A DNA stretch of 64,000 nt from Escherichia phage anhysbys. The stretch lies in sequence record NC_052656.1; one strand, given 5' to 3'. A program made the translations under genes and the position numbers. The notes below the pieces were generated by a model that worked only from the letters and a program-made list of their open reading frames with translations, had not been told where the DNA came from and ran no database searches. The stretch's first letter is position 1. Each line of letters starts with the position of its first letter. Shown one piece after another: positions 1 to 8,623 of this stretch.

Positions 1-310
1 CACCTTTACGGAAGGGAATATAATGTCCCAATGTGAATGCCTTATTGTTCTTTAAACGTCCAGCTAAATTAAGATTAACAATAAGACTACGAAACACGTA
101 GTATTGATAAAGATTGTCAACAGTATATACAGAGTAGTATGCTCTAAGTGCATTATCTCTACTAAGATTACCAACATCCAAACTGCACCAGTTTAAATTA
201 CTTGGATCGTAGTTGTGATTATCAATCCATTCTTCTCTTTCCTCAAATTCTGCATTAACAGCAGACTGCCCTGCTGTAGATACAAAAAGAGAATTTGCAT
301 CAAAGAACAT
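1..310 (-). CDS. hypothetical protein, C-terminus beyond window edge
   Basis: ATG at 308-310 (minus) after GGGGGAG-like RBS; frame open to position 1 (MFFDANSLFVSTAGQ...). Confidence 0.5.
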   Translation of the reverse strand, partial: MFFDANSLFVSTAGQSAVNAEFEEREEWIDNHNYDPSNLNWCSLDVGNLSRDNALRAYYSVYTVDNLYQYYVFRSLIVNLNLAGRLKNNKAFTLGHYIPFRKG

Positions 311-325
311 ACTCACTCCCCCTTT

Positions 326-736
326 TTAGTTTACATCGTTTAGAGCATTACCAATCTTTAAGATAATAACATCATTAAGAGCTTCTTCTCCATTAAGACC
401 AGAGAAAGCAGGAGTAACGAAAGTTACCATATAATAATGGTCTTCTTGTAGGATTGCGATAACGCCGTCTAGTTTAACATCTCCTGTGAAACGAAAAACT
501 TTCAACTTTTGTTCTAAAGGAAGATCTCCTTCAACATTTAAAACCATATCTCCGACACCAAACTTTTCTGCCCCGATGTAGATGTAAGCTTGGTCCTCTT
601 TTTTATGATAATACAATGTTGCTTGTTTGTCTTGTAGTGTTGTGATACCAAACACATCTACATCAATAATATTTTTCAAAAATTCTCCTCCCAAATCCAA
701 TAATTGTCTACATAAGTGGGATGCCTTTTGTCCCAC
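326..736 (-). CDS. hypothetical protein
   Basis: ORF track 136 aa; start uncertain (ATG at 736 overlaps upstream gene by 61 nt; in-frame TTG near 683 follows GGAGGAG). Confidence 0.55.
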   Translation of the reverse strand: MGQKASHLCRQLLDLGGEFLKNIIDVDVFGITTLQDKQATLYYHKKEDQAYIYIGAEKFGVGDMVLNVEGDLPLEQKLKVFRFTGDVKLDGVIAILQEDHYYMVTFVTPAFSGLNGEEALNDVIILKIGNALNDVN

Positions 737-1044
737 TCTTTTCTAGCCCAAGCTACGGCTGCTACCAATACATCTCCATGACAAGGTTGAGGTGAGCAGA
801 AGCAAACTAAATCTTTCCCTTCTAACTCTAATAAATCTTCAAGAGTGATCTTACCACAACGAATTTGCTCCCACAACCACTCTTTATACCTTTGTATGGT
901 TGATCCTCGTGGTTCATCATCTTTTAACTTAAAAGGATTTGCAAACTTAGAGGCTTTTAGTCCCATATGTGGCATTGCTCTACCAATATAAACAGCACTC
1001 TCTGGGATTGTTTTGCCTAAATGGTAAAAGTTTAATACCTTCAT
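676..1044 (-). CDS. hypothetical protein with Cys/His motif (CFCSPQPCHGD)
   Basis: ORF track 122 aa; co-oriented tight packing. Confidence 0.55.
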   Translation of the reverse strand: MKVLNFYHLGKTIPESAVYIGRAMPHMGLKASKFANPFKLKDDEPRGSTIQRYKEWLWEQIRCGKITLEDLLELEGKDLVCFCSPQPCHGDVLVAAVAWARKEWDKRHPTYVDNYWIWEENF

Positions 1045-1045
1045 A

Positions 1046-1408
1046 TTAACCTAAACACATACGTGCGATCAGACCCTGGATAAGTTTATCTGCTTCTTCG
1101 CGATCATAGTCGGTATCTTCTATACCACCATCTTCGTCACGATAAACTTTACCTTCCAGGTACCCAGCATCGATCAAACCAATAATCAAATCGAACTGCC
1201 AGCAAGAGTTACCGAAAGGGCGTTTTCCACTGAAATTATCTTCTTCTTCCCAAAGCGTAGAGAGCAGTCGTCTGAAATATTCACGCACAGTAACAGTGCC
1301 AAGATCATCGTCTTCAAAAACAACATCTAAAGCATCTGGTTCAGCTTTCTCTACAACAGGCACATAACGTTGACCATTAATAACAACATCTACGATTGTT
1401 TCTCTCAT
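1046..1408 (-). CDS. hypothetical acidic protein
   Basis: ORF track 120 aa; 4-nt overlap with downstream gene. Confidence 0.55.
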   Translation of the reverse strand: MRETIVDVVINGQRYVPVVEKAEPDALDVVFEDDDLGTVTVREYFRRLLSTLWEEEDNFSGKRPFGNSCWQFDLIIGLIDAGYLEGKVYRDEDGGIEDTDYDREEADKLIQGLIARMCLG

Positions 1409-1767
1409 TTTTCCTCCTTTTTGTATTCAATGAACATATCTGCATAGTAAGCTTTACGTTCTTCAAATTTAGCAGGGTTTACCACAATGAACAAAACCTT
1501 TCTGTTGTCTTGTGGTTCTTTGACTGTAATATATAAATCTTTTGTGCAATAGAAACCTGTGGCTTTGTAAGCGTCACCCCAATTATCCACTCCACGATCT
1601 ATACGATCAAACTTGCAGTTATACTTTTTATCATCCACCTGGTAGACAGCTTCACCACCATACCAAGTGAAGAATTGGCTACCTTCCACCCCAATCTTGA
1701 AACCATCACGGGCGGCTGTAGCATTGGTGGCAATCATCAACATCAGGACACAAAGTAGCCTTTTCAT
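1405..1767 (-). CDS. putative secreted protein
   Basis: ORF track 120 aa; N-terminal signal-peptide-like MKRLLCVLMLMIATNATA. Confidence 0.6.
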   Translation of the reverse strand: MKRLLCVLMLMIATNATAARDGFKIGVEGSQFFTWYGGEAVYQVDDKKYNCKFDRIDRGVDNWGDAYKATGFYCTKDLYITVKEPQDNRKVLFIVVNPAKFEERKAYYADMFIEYKKEEK

Positions 1768-2073
1768 TTAGAATTCCTCTTCAGTCTTCTGTCGGTTTTT
1801 GAAGAATACTACGTCATACACCTCTCCGTAACCATCATTTACACAGAACATAATAAAACGATCATCTTCTGCTGTTGGTGCGCGATGTTCAAGTTCAAAA
1901 CTTTCAATAAAACCGCGTGAATTTACGTAGTAGATTTCATCCTCACCAGAGAACATCCAATCCCTGTCTATCAGATAGAAAGCTAAACTCACAGGCGACA
2001 ACTCATCCTTCACAGAATCATTGTACAGCATGTGGGCTGCAACTGCCAAACTTAAAGTCGTATTGTGCTGCAT
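1768..2073 (-). CDS. hypothetical protein (tandem paralog 1)
   Basis: ORF track 101 aa; shares LSLAV..H..Y...VKD...P and YELE(H/Y)RAP..EDD..IM(F/Y).VN.G.GE...VVF with next gene. Confidence 0.55.
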   Translation of the reverse strand: MQHNTTLSLAVAAHMLYNDSVKDELSPVSLAFYLIDRDWMFSGEDEIYYVNSRGFIESFELEHRAPTAEDDRFIMFCVNDGYGEVYDVVFFKNRQKTEEEF

Positions 2074-2384
2074 TACATCTCCTCGTCGGACTTCAAGGCT
2101 TTAGAGAATACTACATTAAACGTTTCACCGCAACCATTATTAACATAATACATGATGTGATTGTCATCTTCGTCTACAGGCGCACGATACTCCAGTTCAT
2201 AACTGTATAAATTAGAGTCACTTGTGCAACCCTGTGGATACCAAAAGTAAAGTTCACCACAAGATTCTACCCACTTAAGACCAGTTCTATCTTCAAACAC
2301 CAATGTAGAAGGATTTTCTGAATCTTTCACAGCTTCTTCATACTGTTGATGTACCATGACTGCTAATGATAATGTACTCATCAC
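2073..2384 (-). CDS. hypothetical protein (tandem paralog 2)
   Basis: ORF track 103 aa; paralog of 1768-2073. Confidence 0.55.
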   Translation of the reverse strand: MMSTLSLAVMVHQQYEEAVKDSENPSTLVFEDRTGLKWVESCGELYFWYPQGCTSDSNLYSYELEYRAPVDEDDNHIMYYVNNGCGETFNVVFSKALKSDEEM

Positions 2385-2584
2385 GCCTCCAAATAGTGTT
2401 TACAAATGACAAAACGCCATGTTTGTTTATAATAGTCTCTTTTTTCAAGAGCCTCTTTGTAAGAGGGTATACGTTGCGACAGAAGCATCCATTCACAATC
2501 TGCACCCATTCTTCCATAAAGCGCGTAACGGATGTTACTTTGTTTATCTCCCATAAATGCCTCCTTAATCTTGTTTACAAGCAT
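2381..2584 (-). CDS. hypothetical protein
   Basis: ORF track 67 aa; ATGA overlap with neighbour. Confidence 0.45.
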   Translation of the reverse strand: MLVNKIKEAFMGDKQSNIRYALYGRMGADCEWMLLSQRIPSYKEALEKRDYYKQTWRFVICKHYLEA

Positions 2585-2597
2585 ACCCTCTAATTAG

Positions 2598-2795
2598 TTA
2601 CACTTTTTCCCAAGTACCAAAAGCACAGGAAGGGTAGATTCCAACTTGAGGGTTTCCGTTATCATCTTTGAAAGTAAAACTGTTGTTGTCTTTATCAAGA
2701 ACTGTAGAATAAATCTTACCAACAGTAACGCAGTTGGAAGCTTGACCCAGTTCAGTGAGAGTAAGACATTTCATTTTCTGTTTCTTTGTAGCCAT
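2598..2795 (-). CDS. hypothetical protein
   Basis: ORF track 65 aa. Confidence 0.5.
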   Translation of the reverse strand: MATKKQKMKCLTLTELGQASNCVTVGKIYSTVLDKDNNSFTFKDDNGNPQVGIYPSCAFGTWEKV

Positions 2796-2877
2796 TTATA
2801 AAATCTCCTTAGTAAGTGAATCTTTATTCTACACAAAGAGCTTTGCACATGTCAAGTAACTCTTTGTCAGATTAGTC

Positions 2878-3147
2878 TTAATGATTAGTGATGTTGATGA
2901 CAATCTTAGTTTCAACCTTAGCCCAACAGTAATCTGCTTCATTAAAACGACTAGTCACAATGTATTCTCCTGCACGAGAACCTGTTAAGCACACTGCACC
3001 TGTATCTGTAGCTAAGTAGTAGTCCCGTTCTTGTTCACTTACTTCTGAATCGTAGTAGTAGAAAACAGACATAGGTTCAATTTCAGATAAACGGTATAAC
3101 TTTGGAACAGGGGATTTCTCGATAAACTCAACAGAAGTTTTACTCAT
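2878..3147 (-). CDS. hypothetical protein
   Basis: ORF track 89 aa. Confidence 0.5.
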   Translation of the reverse strand: MSKTSVEFIEKSPVPKLYRLSEIEPMSVFYYYDSEVSEQERDYYLATDTGAVCLTGSRAGEYIVTSRFNEADYCWAKVETKIVINITNH

Positions 3148-3380
3148 TTGTTTTCTCCTAGATCTAAACTAATTAAGAAGTCACGAAGGATGATCATTTG
3201 TTCTGTAGACAATGATAGTACACCTTCTCCATAAATATCACCAGACCATTCAGCAGTTAGATCTAGTGTACCAGTACCAGGAAACCAATCAACAGTGATC
3301 TGATTACCATTAGAGTCAGGTAATATTTCACTGACTAACATAACACACTCTCCTATTATTGTTCTTGATCTTACGATCAT
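3144..3380 (-). CDS. hypothetical protein
   Basis: ORF track 78 aa; preceded on minus strand by conserved 60-bp element. Confidence 0.5.
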   Translation of the reverse strand: MIVRSRTIIGECVMLVSEILPDSNGNQITVDWFPGTGTLDLTAEWSGDIYGEGVLSLSTEQMIILRDFLISLDLGENK

Positions 3381-3454
3381 CTACCGATAAGAACAAGTAC
3401 TTAAATCTCTGTTCTTCGAACATCTAACGATAGAGATTAATCTATTACATAATC

Positions 3455-3514
3455 TATACTCGCTATCGCTCGACCCTTCGGGGTTAGGGTAGCATATTTT
3501 TTGAAAAAAGTCAA
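3455..3514. repeat. conserved ~60-bp intergenic element, copy 1
   Basis: TACTCGCTATCGCTCG-(hairpin)-TTAGGGTAGCATATTTTTTGAAAAAAGTCAA. Confidence 0.55.
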
Positions 3515-3517
3515 CAC

Positions 3518-3835
3518 TTATTTTTTGGTAAGTAGATAAATCAATTGTTCACCTGCTTCTGGTGCATATAGTGCTTTAGTATCGAAGTCAAAGAAGTGAG
3601 TGACTCCTGTTACTTTGGATGCATGAATAGATAATCGTGCAAGCTTAAGCAGATTATCCATTTCCGCAATCTTTGCACGAAATACTGCACGTGTAGCGTC
3701 AAAAGCTGCATGTGGCATGTATTTACGATTTAGACTACTACGCTTAAATTTACGATAATCTGCAATGATCCTGTTACGTTCTTTGTTCAAATGTTTTACC
3801 AGTGCAGTATATACATGTGGTTCTTTGTTAGCCAT
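3518..3835 (-). CDS. hypothetical basic protein
   Basis: ORF track frame; start refined to MANKEPHVY (AAGAGGAG RBS), overlapping stop of upstream gene. Confidence 0.55.
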   Translation of the reverse strand: MANKEPHVYTALVKHLNKERNRIIADYRKFKRSSLNRKYMPHAAFDATRAVFRAKIAEMDNLLKLARLSIHASKVTGVTHFFDFDTKALYAPEAGEQLIYLLTKK

Positions 3836-4040
3836 TGTTAATCTCCTCTTCATATGTTGGTAGTGCATGGTATGCGATCACAGGTGCCAAGTCAAAATAA
3901 AAATGACCATTGATAACAGCTATCGTGCCATTGCGTGTTTTGTTAACTTCACAGAATCCCTTCTTGCCGTTTGCCATGATTACAAGCCACTCTCCGATAG
4001 GAACATCCTCGGTACCAGATACTTTAATCCATCCACTCAC
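3828..4040 (-). CDS. hypothetical protein
   Basis: ORF track 70 aa. Confidence 0.5.
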   Translation of the reverse strand: MSGWIKVSGTEDVPIGEWLVIMANGKKGFCEVNKTRNGTIAVINGHFYFDLAPVIAYHALPTYEEEINNG

Positions 4041-4297
4041 TTTACTTCCCCTTTGTAATCGGACACTATACCAGGTCTTACTTTTGCCTTAAGATGTTTC
4101 AACTCTGCCATAGGAGTTGCCACTTGTATAAGGTTAATAATTTCAACCTCGTAGATAGTATACTCATAACCCGCATACTTCCCGATGGAATGTAGGTATT
4201 TGATAGCATGTTCAGGCGAATCTGCTTCAACATACCCCAAATCTTTTGTAGTGCGGCCTTCACAGTCGCCTTCTGTAGTTACGTGATAAAGTGTCAT
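4037..4297 (-). CDS. hypothetical protein
   Basis: ORF track 86 aa. Confidence 0.5.
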   Translation of the reverse strand: MTLYHVTTEGDCEGRTTKDLGYVEADSPEHAIKYLHSIGKYAGYEYTIYEVEIINLIQVATPMAELKHLKAKVRPGIVSDYKGEVK

Positions 4298-4443
4298 AAA
4301 ACCTCCTCATAGTAAGGTAAAGCCTTGATCAGTTGTTCTGAAGTGCCATTTTGCACCCACGTAACACCCTTGTCAAGAGAAACATACCCTTTCTTATTGA
4401 TAAATTTACGGAGACAACCAGTGAACTTGTTTTTGTAGATCAT
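4294..4443 (-). CDS. small hypothetical protein (~49 aa)
   Basis: Own translation MIYKNKFTGCLRKFINKKGYVSLDKG...; fills gap between co-oriented genes with start/stop overlaps. Confidence 0.35.
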   Translation of the reverse strand: MIYKNKFTGCLRKFINKKGYVSLDKGVTWVQNGTSEQLIKALPYYEEVL

Positions 4444-4883
4444 TTCTTCTTTCCTTTCTTTAATTTGTTGTGACCTTTACCCTTATAAAGCTTGTGATTA
4501 CGAGTAGACGGGTTATTTTGGTTCTCCAGTCGGCTAACAGGTGTATTCCAAAGGTTTCCTGCTACAAAAGATGCTGCCACAAGTTCTTCCAGGTATACAA
4601 AATCCAAAGCAGGTATCTTTGTTTCCCTCATCTCGCGTTCTACATTAGACAACACGCCTTCTTCCTTACTGTCTTCTTTTTCAATTACAGACCAACCCTC
4701 TTCCTGCCAAGCTTCCCCTCTGAACCAAGTTTCCATGTTATAACCTTGTTCGTCGAGAATAACACCATCTCGCATCTCAAACCATTCACCACCACAAAAA
4801 TGGTGGTGCTCAACACGTCTACCTTCCTTCATTGCTTCTTTAGCTTCGGGCCAAGTCAGTTTGATGTTTTGGATGTTTTGCAT
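4440..4883 (-). CDS. hypothetical protein
   Basis: ORF track 147 aa; first gene of minus block at divergent region. Confidence 0.55.
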   Translation of the reverse strand: MQNIQNIKLTWPEAKEAMKEGRRVEHHHFCGGEWFEMRDGVILDEQGYNMETWFRGEAWQEEGWSVIEKEDSKEEGVLSNVEREMRETKIPALDFVYLEELVAASFVAGNLWNTPVSRLENQNNPSTRNHKLYKGKGHNKLKKGKKK

Positions 4884-4997
4884 TTGTTTTCTCCTTTTGT
4901 TTGGTAGGAGTTGATCTTAACAAGATTAAAAAGTATGTCAATACTTGATCTGAAATTATTTTCAGGTATCATGTATGAACATTAACAAGAGAGGTAG

Positions 4998-5291
4998 ATG
5001 ATGAACATTACTTTAGCAACTAAGAATATTTCTGAAACAATTAACGGTTTTGGTGTGATTGTAGCCTTGCACGGTAACAATGAGAAATGGTTGGCTTCTT
5101 TTGAAGAGGATCGTCAACACAACATTATTTTAGATGCCCCTATAAAAGTTATGCATATCGTTGGTGAAAGCAAAGTGCTCACTTCCTCCCGTTCAAAAGA
5201 ACAAATTACAAATGAATTAGTAAAACTGCTTGACAATGTTCTTAACATGTTTGATAATGCACCCATCGATACAAAACGTGTCTTAATGTGA
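4998..5291 (+). CDS. hypothetical protein
   Basis: ORF track 97 aa; GAGAGG RBS. Confidence 0.55.
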   Translation: MMNITLATKNISETINGFGVIVALHGNNEKWLASFEEDRQHNIILDAPIKVMHIVGESKVLTSSRSKEQITNELVKLLDNVLNMFDNAPIDTKRVLM

Positions 5292-5303
5292 GAGGAGAAC
5301 AAA

Positions 5304-5591
5304 ATGTACTATTCACAAGACGAAGTAGCAAACATTAAACTGGCAGTGGGCGATCTTATTGTGTCACCTAACTACTATTGGGATAACACAGATTTGGTTG
5401 AAGTAGTAACCTATGTTGGAGTTGAAGGTATTGTGCTCTACACATTAGGTGGAGGTGTTGTTGGGGAAATGGAACGTTATACGACAACGAAGAAACTGGT
5501 AAGCTCTTATCACATGTTTTTACACCAAGGTTCGGAAGAGTATACAGCTTTCTTGTTGAAATTAGATGCAGATCGGGAGAAGGCACGATGA
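5304..5591 (+). CDS. hypothetical protein
   Basis: ORF track 95 aa. Confidence 0.55.
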   Translation: MYYSQDEVANIKLAVGDLIVSPNYYWDNTDLVEVVTYVGVEGIVLYTLGGGVVGEMERYTTTKKLVSSYHMFLHQGSEEYTAFLLKLDADREKAR

Positions 5592-5944
5592 AAATTGTAC
5601 ACGATGAAATTCAAATAGAAGAAAGTGACCTGATGGATTTGGATGCAGCTTTGGGGAAGGTAATCTATGCAGGAATTAAAGCCTTCCGTGAGAAGGCAAA
5701 CAATAGCACGTTTGTCATGATCCCCACTAAACTGATGCGTGTTTTGTATCCAAATAGAAGTGCGCCGTATACAGATGAAGAAGAGGAGACAGGTAGAAGA
5801 GAGTGGTTAAATATTTTAGAAAAGATGGAGAATGCTTTTATTGATAGTGGTAATCCAGAAATCGTGTATGCTGAAGATCAAAGGAAGGCACGATTAGAAG
5901 GCCGTCTTTTATTCGCTAGTTATTTTGATAATCTTTGGAGCTAA
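5588..5944 (+). CDS. hypothetical protein
   Basis: ORF track 118 aa; ATGA overlap. Confidence 0.55.
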   Translation: MKIVHDEIQIEESDLMDLDAALGKVIYAGIKAFREKANNSTFVMIPTKLMRVLYPNRSAPYTDEEEETGRREWLNILEKMENAFIDSGNPEIVYAEDQRKARLEGRLLFASYFDNLWS

Positions 5945-5946
5945 AT

Positions 5947-6123
5947 ATGTCTGAATTCTTCACAATGGCTTTCTTAGGGATCTATTTGATTATTAGTGCT
6001 GTTGGCTTAATCATGTCTCTAATAGAGGAAATGGGAATTAAGTGGAATTGTGTATTCGGTATAGCTCTTATGCTCACTCCAGTTTGGATTTACATTTGCA
6101 AATCGGTTGAACTAATTGGTTAA
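5947..6123 (+). CDS. small hydrophobic (membrane) protein
   Basis: Track frame 5935-6123; start refined to MSEFFTMAFLGIYLIISAVG. Confidence 0.5.
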   Translation: MSEFFTMAFLGIYLIISAVGLIMSLIEEMGIKWNCVFGIALMLTPVWIYICKSVELIG

Positions 6124-6133
6124 TGGAGGTAAT

Positions 6134-6472
6134 ATGTTTAGTAAAGAAATGAGAGAGGTGATCGCTACTCTGGTAGTTGATCATGGTGTTGAAGTTGAGC
6201 GTCACGTTTGGAAAGATGAGCCTCCTTTCTTTGATTTGGCATCACGGGCTAAAAGTCACATGTATCTCCTTGAAGATGATAAGGATTTTATTCTGCGTAT
6301 GCGTTATGATCGAGAGTTTAGAATTCCTCTTGACACAGATCCTGATGATGTAGTATTGTGGTTGGCAGAGCATTTCGCATTTAACGCTCTACATGGAAGA
6401 AGTTTTGGTAATGAACGTTGGGATACCATTTGTCGTAAACATAATATTGAACCAGAATACGGGAGTATGTAA
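6134..6472 (+). CDS. hypothetical protein
   Basis: Track frame; start refined to MFSKEM after GGAGG RBS. Confidence 0.55.
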   Translation: MFSKEMREVIATLVVDHGVEVERHVWKDEPPFFDLASRAKSHMYLLEDDKDFILRMRYDREFRIPLDTDPDDVVLWLAEHFAFNALHGRSFGNERWDTICRKHNIEPEYGSM

Positions 6473-6723
6473 TGTTAAGCGTTAAGCCTAAGATGATCAG
6501 TGAAGACCAGAAAGATTTCATTTACAAGTGTGGACGAATCTGGAGAGAGTATACCAAGGGTAACGAGGTCGTGGTGGTTACTGAACACCAGATTGAAATC
6601 TCTGATCTTTTCGGTGATTATTTGCAAGTGATCAAATTAGGCATTGACAGAGGTTTGGTGCAGGTGTTAACATTATCCCAAGTTGAAGCAGAACACTTAG
6701 ACAAAATCATTGTCGAGTTCTAA
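6472..6723 (+). CDS. hypothetical protein
   Basis: ORF track 83 aa. Confidence 0.5.
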   Translation: MLSVKPKMISEDQKDFIYKCGRIWREYTKGNEVVVVTEHQIEISDLFGDYLQVIKLGIDRGLVQVLTLSQVEAEHLDKIIVEF

Positions 6724-6736
6724 GAGGAGAAAGAAT

Positions 6737-6901
6737 ATGATCTCTTTAGAATCAATAGCTTTTAAGAAAGGGTATACCGCAGGGTTCAAGTTTGGTATGT
6801 TTAATAAAGTAAATCCATATTGTCCAAAGACACACAAAAAGGAATTCGAAGAATGGGAAGATGGATTTTCTAAAGGCTATCAGGCAAAAGGTTGGTTGTA
6901 A
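6737..6901 (+). CDS. hypothetical protein
   Basis: Track frame; start refined to MISLESIAF after AAGAGGAG. Confidence 0.45.
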   Translation: MISLESIAFKKGYTAGFKFGMFNKVNPYCPKTHKKEFEEWEDGFSKGYQAKGWL

Positions 6902-6910
6902 GGAGAGAAT

Positions 6911-7075
6911 ATGATTTTAAACTTCATCATCAACTTGTGTTTGACATTGGGATTACTCTGTGCAATAGTATCCCCTCTGGTTGGTGAATATTGTTCTGAA
7001 CTGGCGATGTTTATAGTTCTTGGTGCGGCTATTGCTAATATGTTTGTCGCTGCGATTTGTATGTTGTGGGAATAG
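6911..7075 (+). CDS. small hydrophobic (membrane) protein (~54 aa)
   Basis: Own translation MILNFIINLCLTLGLLCAIVSPLVGEYCSELAMFIVLGAAIANMF...; AGGAGAG RBS. Confidence 0.4.
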   Translation: MILNFIINLCLTLGLLCAIVSPLVGEYCSELAMFIVLGAAIANMFVAAICMLWE

Positions 7076-7086
7076 GAGGGAAGTTT

Positions 7087-7443
7087 ATGAAAAAACTAAT
7101 CTTAGCCACATTGCTGGCTACCGTAAGCTTCACCACTTACGCTCAAAAATTTGTAGCAGTTAAAACGGATATTGGTAAAGATGTTGTGATCACAGGCAAC
7201 AAATTTTACTATACACCTGGAAATGGTGTTCTGGAAGAGTGCCAAGATGTTGAGGCATATACAGGAAAAGAAGATAACACGGAACGTCCTTTTTATTCGA
7301 TTATAGCTACTTGCAAAAATGAAATAGTAGCTATTAAACAATACAAAGATGCCCCTGGAGGAGAATACTTGTTAGTCAAGAATATTAAGAGTGAAAAAAC
7401 TGCAAAGTTTACAGTAATTATTTTAAAAGGAGAAACGTTCTAA
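7087..7443 (+). CDS. putative secreted protein
   Basis: Track frame; start refined to MKKLILATLLATVSFTTYAQ (signal peptide) after AGGAGGG. Confidence 0.6.
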   Translation: MKKLILATLLATVSFTTYAQKFVAVKTDIGKDVVITGNKFYYTPGNGVLEECQDVEAYTGKEDNTERPFYSIIATCKNEIVAIKQYKDAPGGEYLLVKNIKSEKTAKFTVIILKGETF

Positions 7444-8582
7444 TGAAATACACTATTTTTGGAGATGTAGCTGTTGTAAATAAGGAATATGGCGTTGAAG
7501 CTAATAAACTTCCTGCTGGAGTTTGGGTTGTCAACTGCGATCCGCACGGTAACTACTCTTTAGTGCGTGGCGAAAGTTTCTCTCTTCCGAACACTCTTTA
7601 TGGGGAAACTAAAGATCGCGCCGCACATGTTATTAAAACATTTGCTCGTCGTAGTAAAGAAGGTAAAAATACTGGGGTGTTACTGACAGGGACAAAGGGC
7701 AGTGGTAAGACGATGTTAGCTAAACTGATTAGCATGTCCCTAATGTCCACAGAAGGTTTAGGTATTCCAACCATTTTGGTGACACAGCCTTACACAGATG
7801 CTGGATTCTTAGAATTTATGAGTAAAATTACAGATCGTGCTGTTGTTTTATTTGACGAATTTGATAAAGTGTACGCTAAGAAAGAAGATCAGGAAGCACT
7901 GTTGACCTTGTTGGATGGAACAGGAAGTGGGAATAAACTTTACATCCTAACTAAAAATAGTGGTTATATCTCGGAATATTTTGTAAACCGTCCTAGTCGT
8001 ATCTATTATAGTTTCAATTACGATAAACTGTCTAGTGAAACTATGTTAGATTACTTGGATAAGAACTTGGTAAATAAAAAACACGTAGATAACTTCCAAC
8101 GTTTATGGGATGTTAGCACAGAGTTGTCTTTCGATGTTATTCAAGGTATTGTAGAAGAATTGAATTTCTATCCAAAAATGACTTTTAAAGAATGTCTTGA
8201 AATGATGGGTATTTCTTTAGGCAACGATGCTAAATGGAATGTGGCTTCTATCGTAGCTAATGGCAAAACCTTGAAGGTGAATTGGATCAATAACTGGCAC
8301 GACTTCACCCCTACTAAGTTTTTGTCGGGTGCTTGTTCCCTGAACATATATCTGCAAAGCTTGAAAGATGATGAAGTGGAAGCAATGGAAACCAACAGTT
8401 ATGTTATCCTGGATGAAGATGGTGATCCACATATTGATCTATGTGCAACTGCTGATGGTCTAACTTGTGATCTGATTGAAGGTGGTAAGATTCTGGTGAT
8501 GAGCACCACACCAGGAAACACTCTGCGAGTGGTACTGGAGCCTGTAACACAACGTTCCACCACACTGGGTAGCGTGTTCTAA
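7443..8582 (+). CDS. AAA+/P-loop ATPase
   Basis: Walker A GTKGSGKT, Walker B-like VVLFDEFDK; 379 aa. Confidence 0.7.
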   Translation: MKYTIFGDVAVVNKEYGVEANKLPAGVWVVNCDPHGNYSLVRGESFSLPNTLYGETKDRAAHVIKTFARRSKEGKNTGVLLTGTKGSGKTMLAKLISMSLMSTEGLGIPTILVTQPYTDAGFLEFMSKITDRAVVLFDEFDKVYAKKEDQEALLTLLDGTGSGNKLYILTKNSGYISEYFVNRPSRIYYSFNYDKLSSETMLDYLDKNLVNKKHVDNFQRLWDVSTELSFDVIQGIVEELNFYPKMTFKECLEMMGISLGNDAKWNVASIVANGKTLKVNWINNWHDFTPTKFLSGACSLNIYLQSLKDDEVEAMETNSYVILDEDGDPHIDLCATADGLTCDLIEGGKILVMSTTPGNTLRVVLEPVTQRSTTLGSVF

Positions 8583-8587
8583 TAAAG

Positions 8588-8612
8588 ATGCCCCACAAGG
8601 GGCATTTCTTAT
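8588..8612 (+). terminator. rho-independent terminator-like hairpin
   Basis: GATGCCCC-ACAA-GGGGCATT then TCTTAT, after ATPase gene. Confidence 0.5.
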
Positions 8613-8623
8613 AGGATGAAATC

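Noticed and set aside
326-736. ATG at 736 as the true start of the 326-736 gene
   Set aside because: It would overlap the upstream gene by 61 nt; an in-frame TTG near 683 preceded by GGAGGAG is at least as plausible. Left as the track coordinates with the start flagged uncertain.
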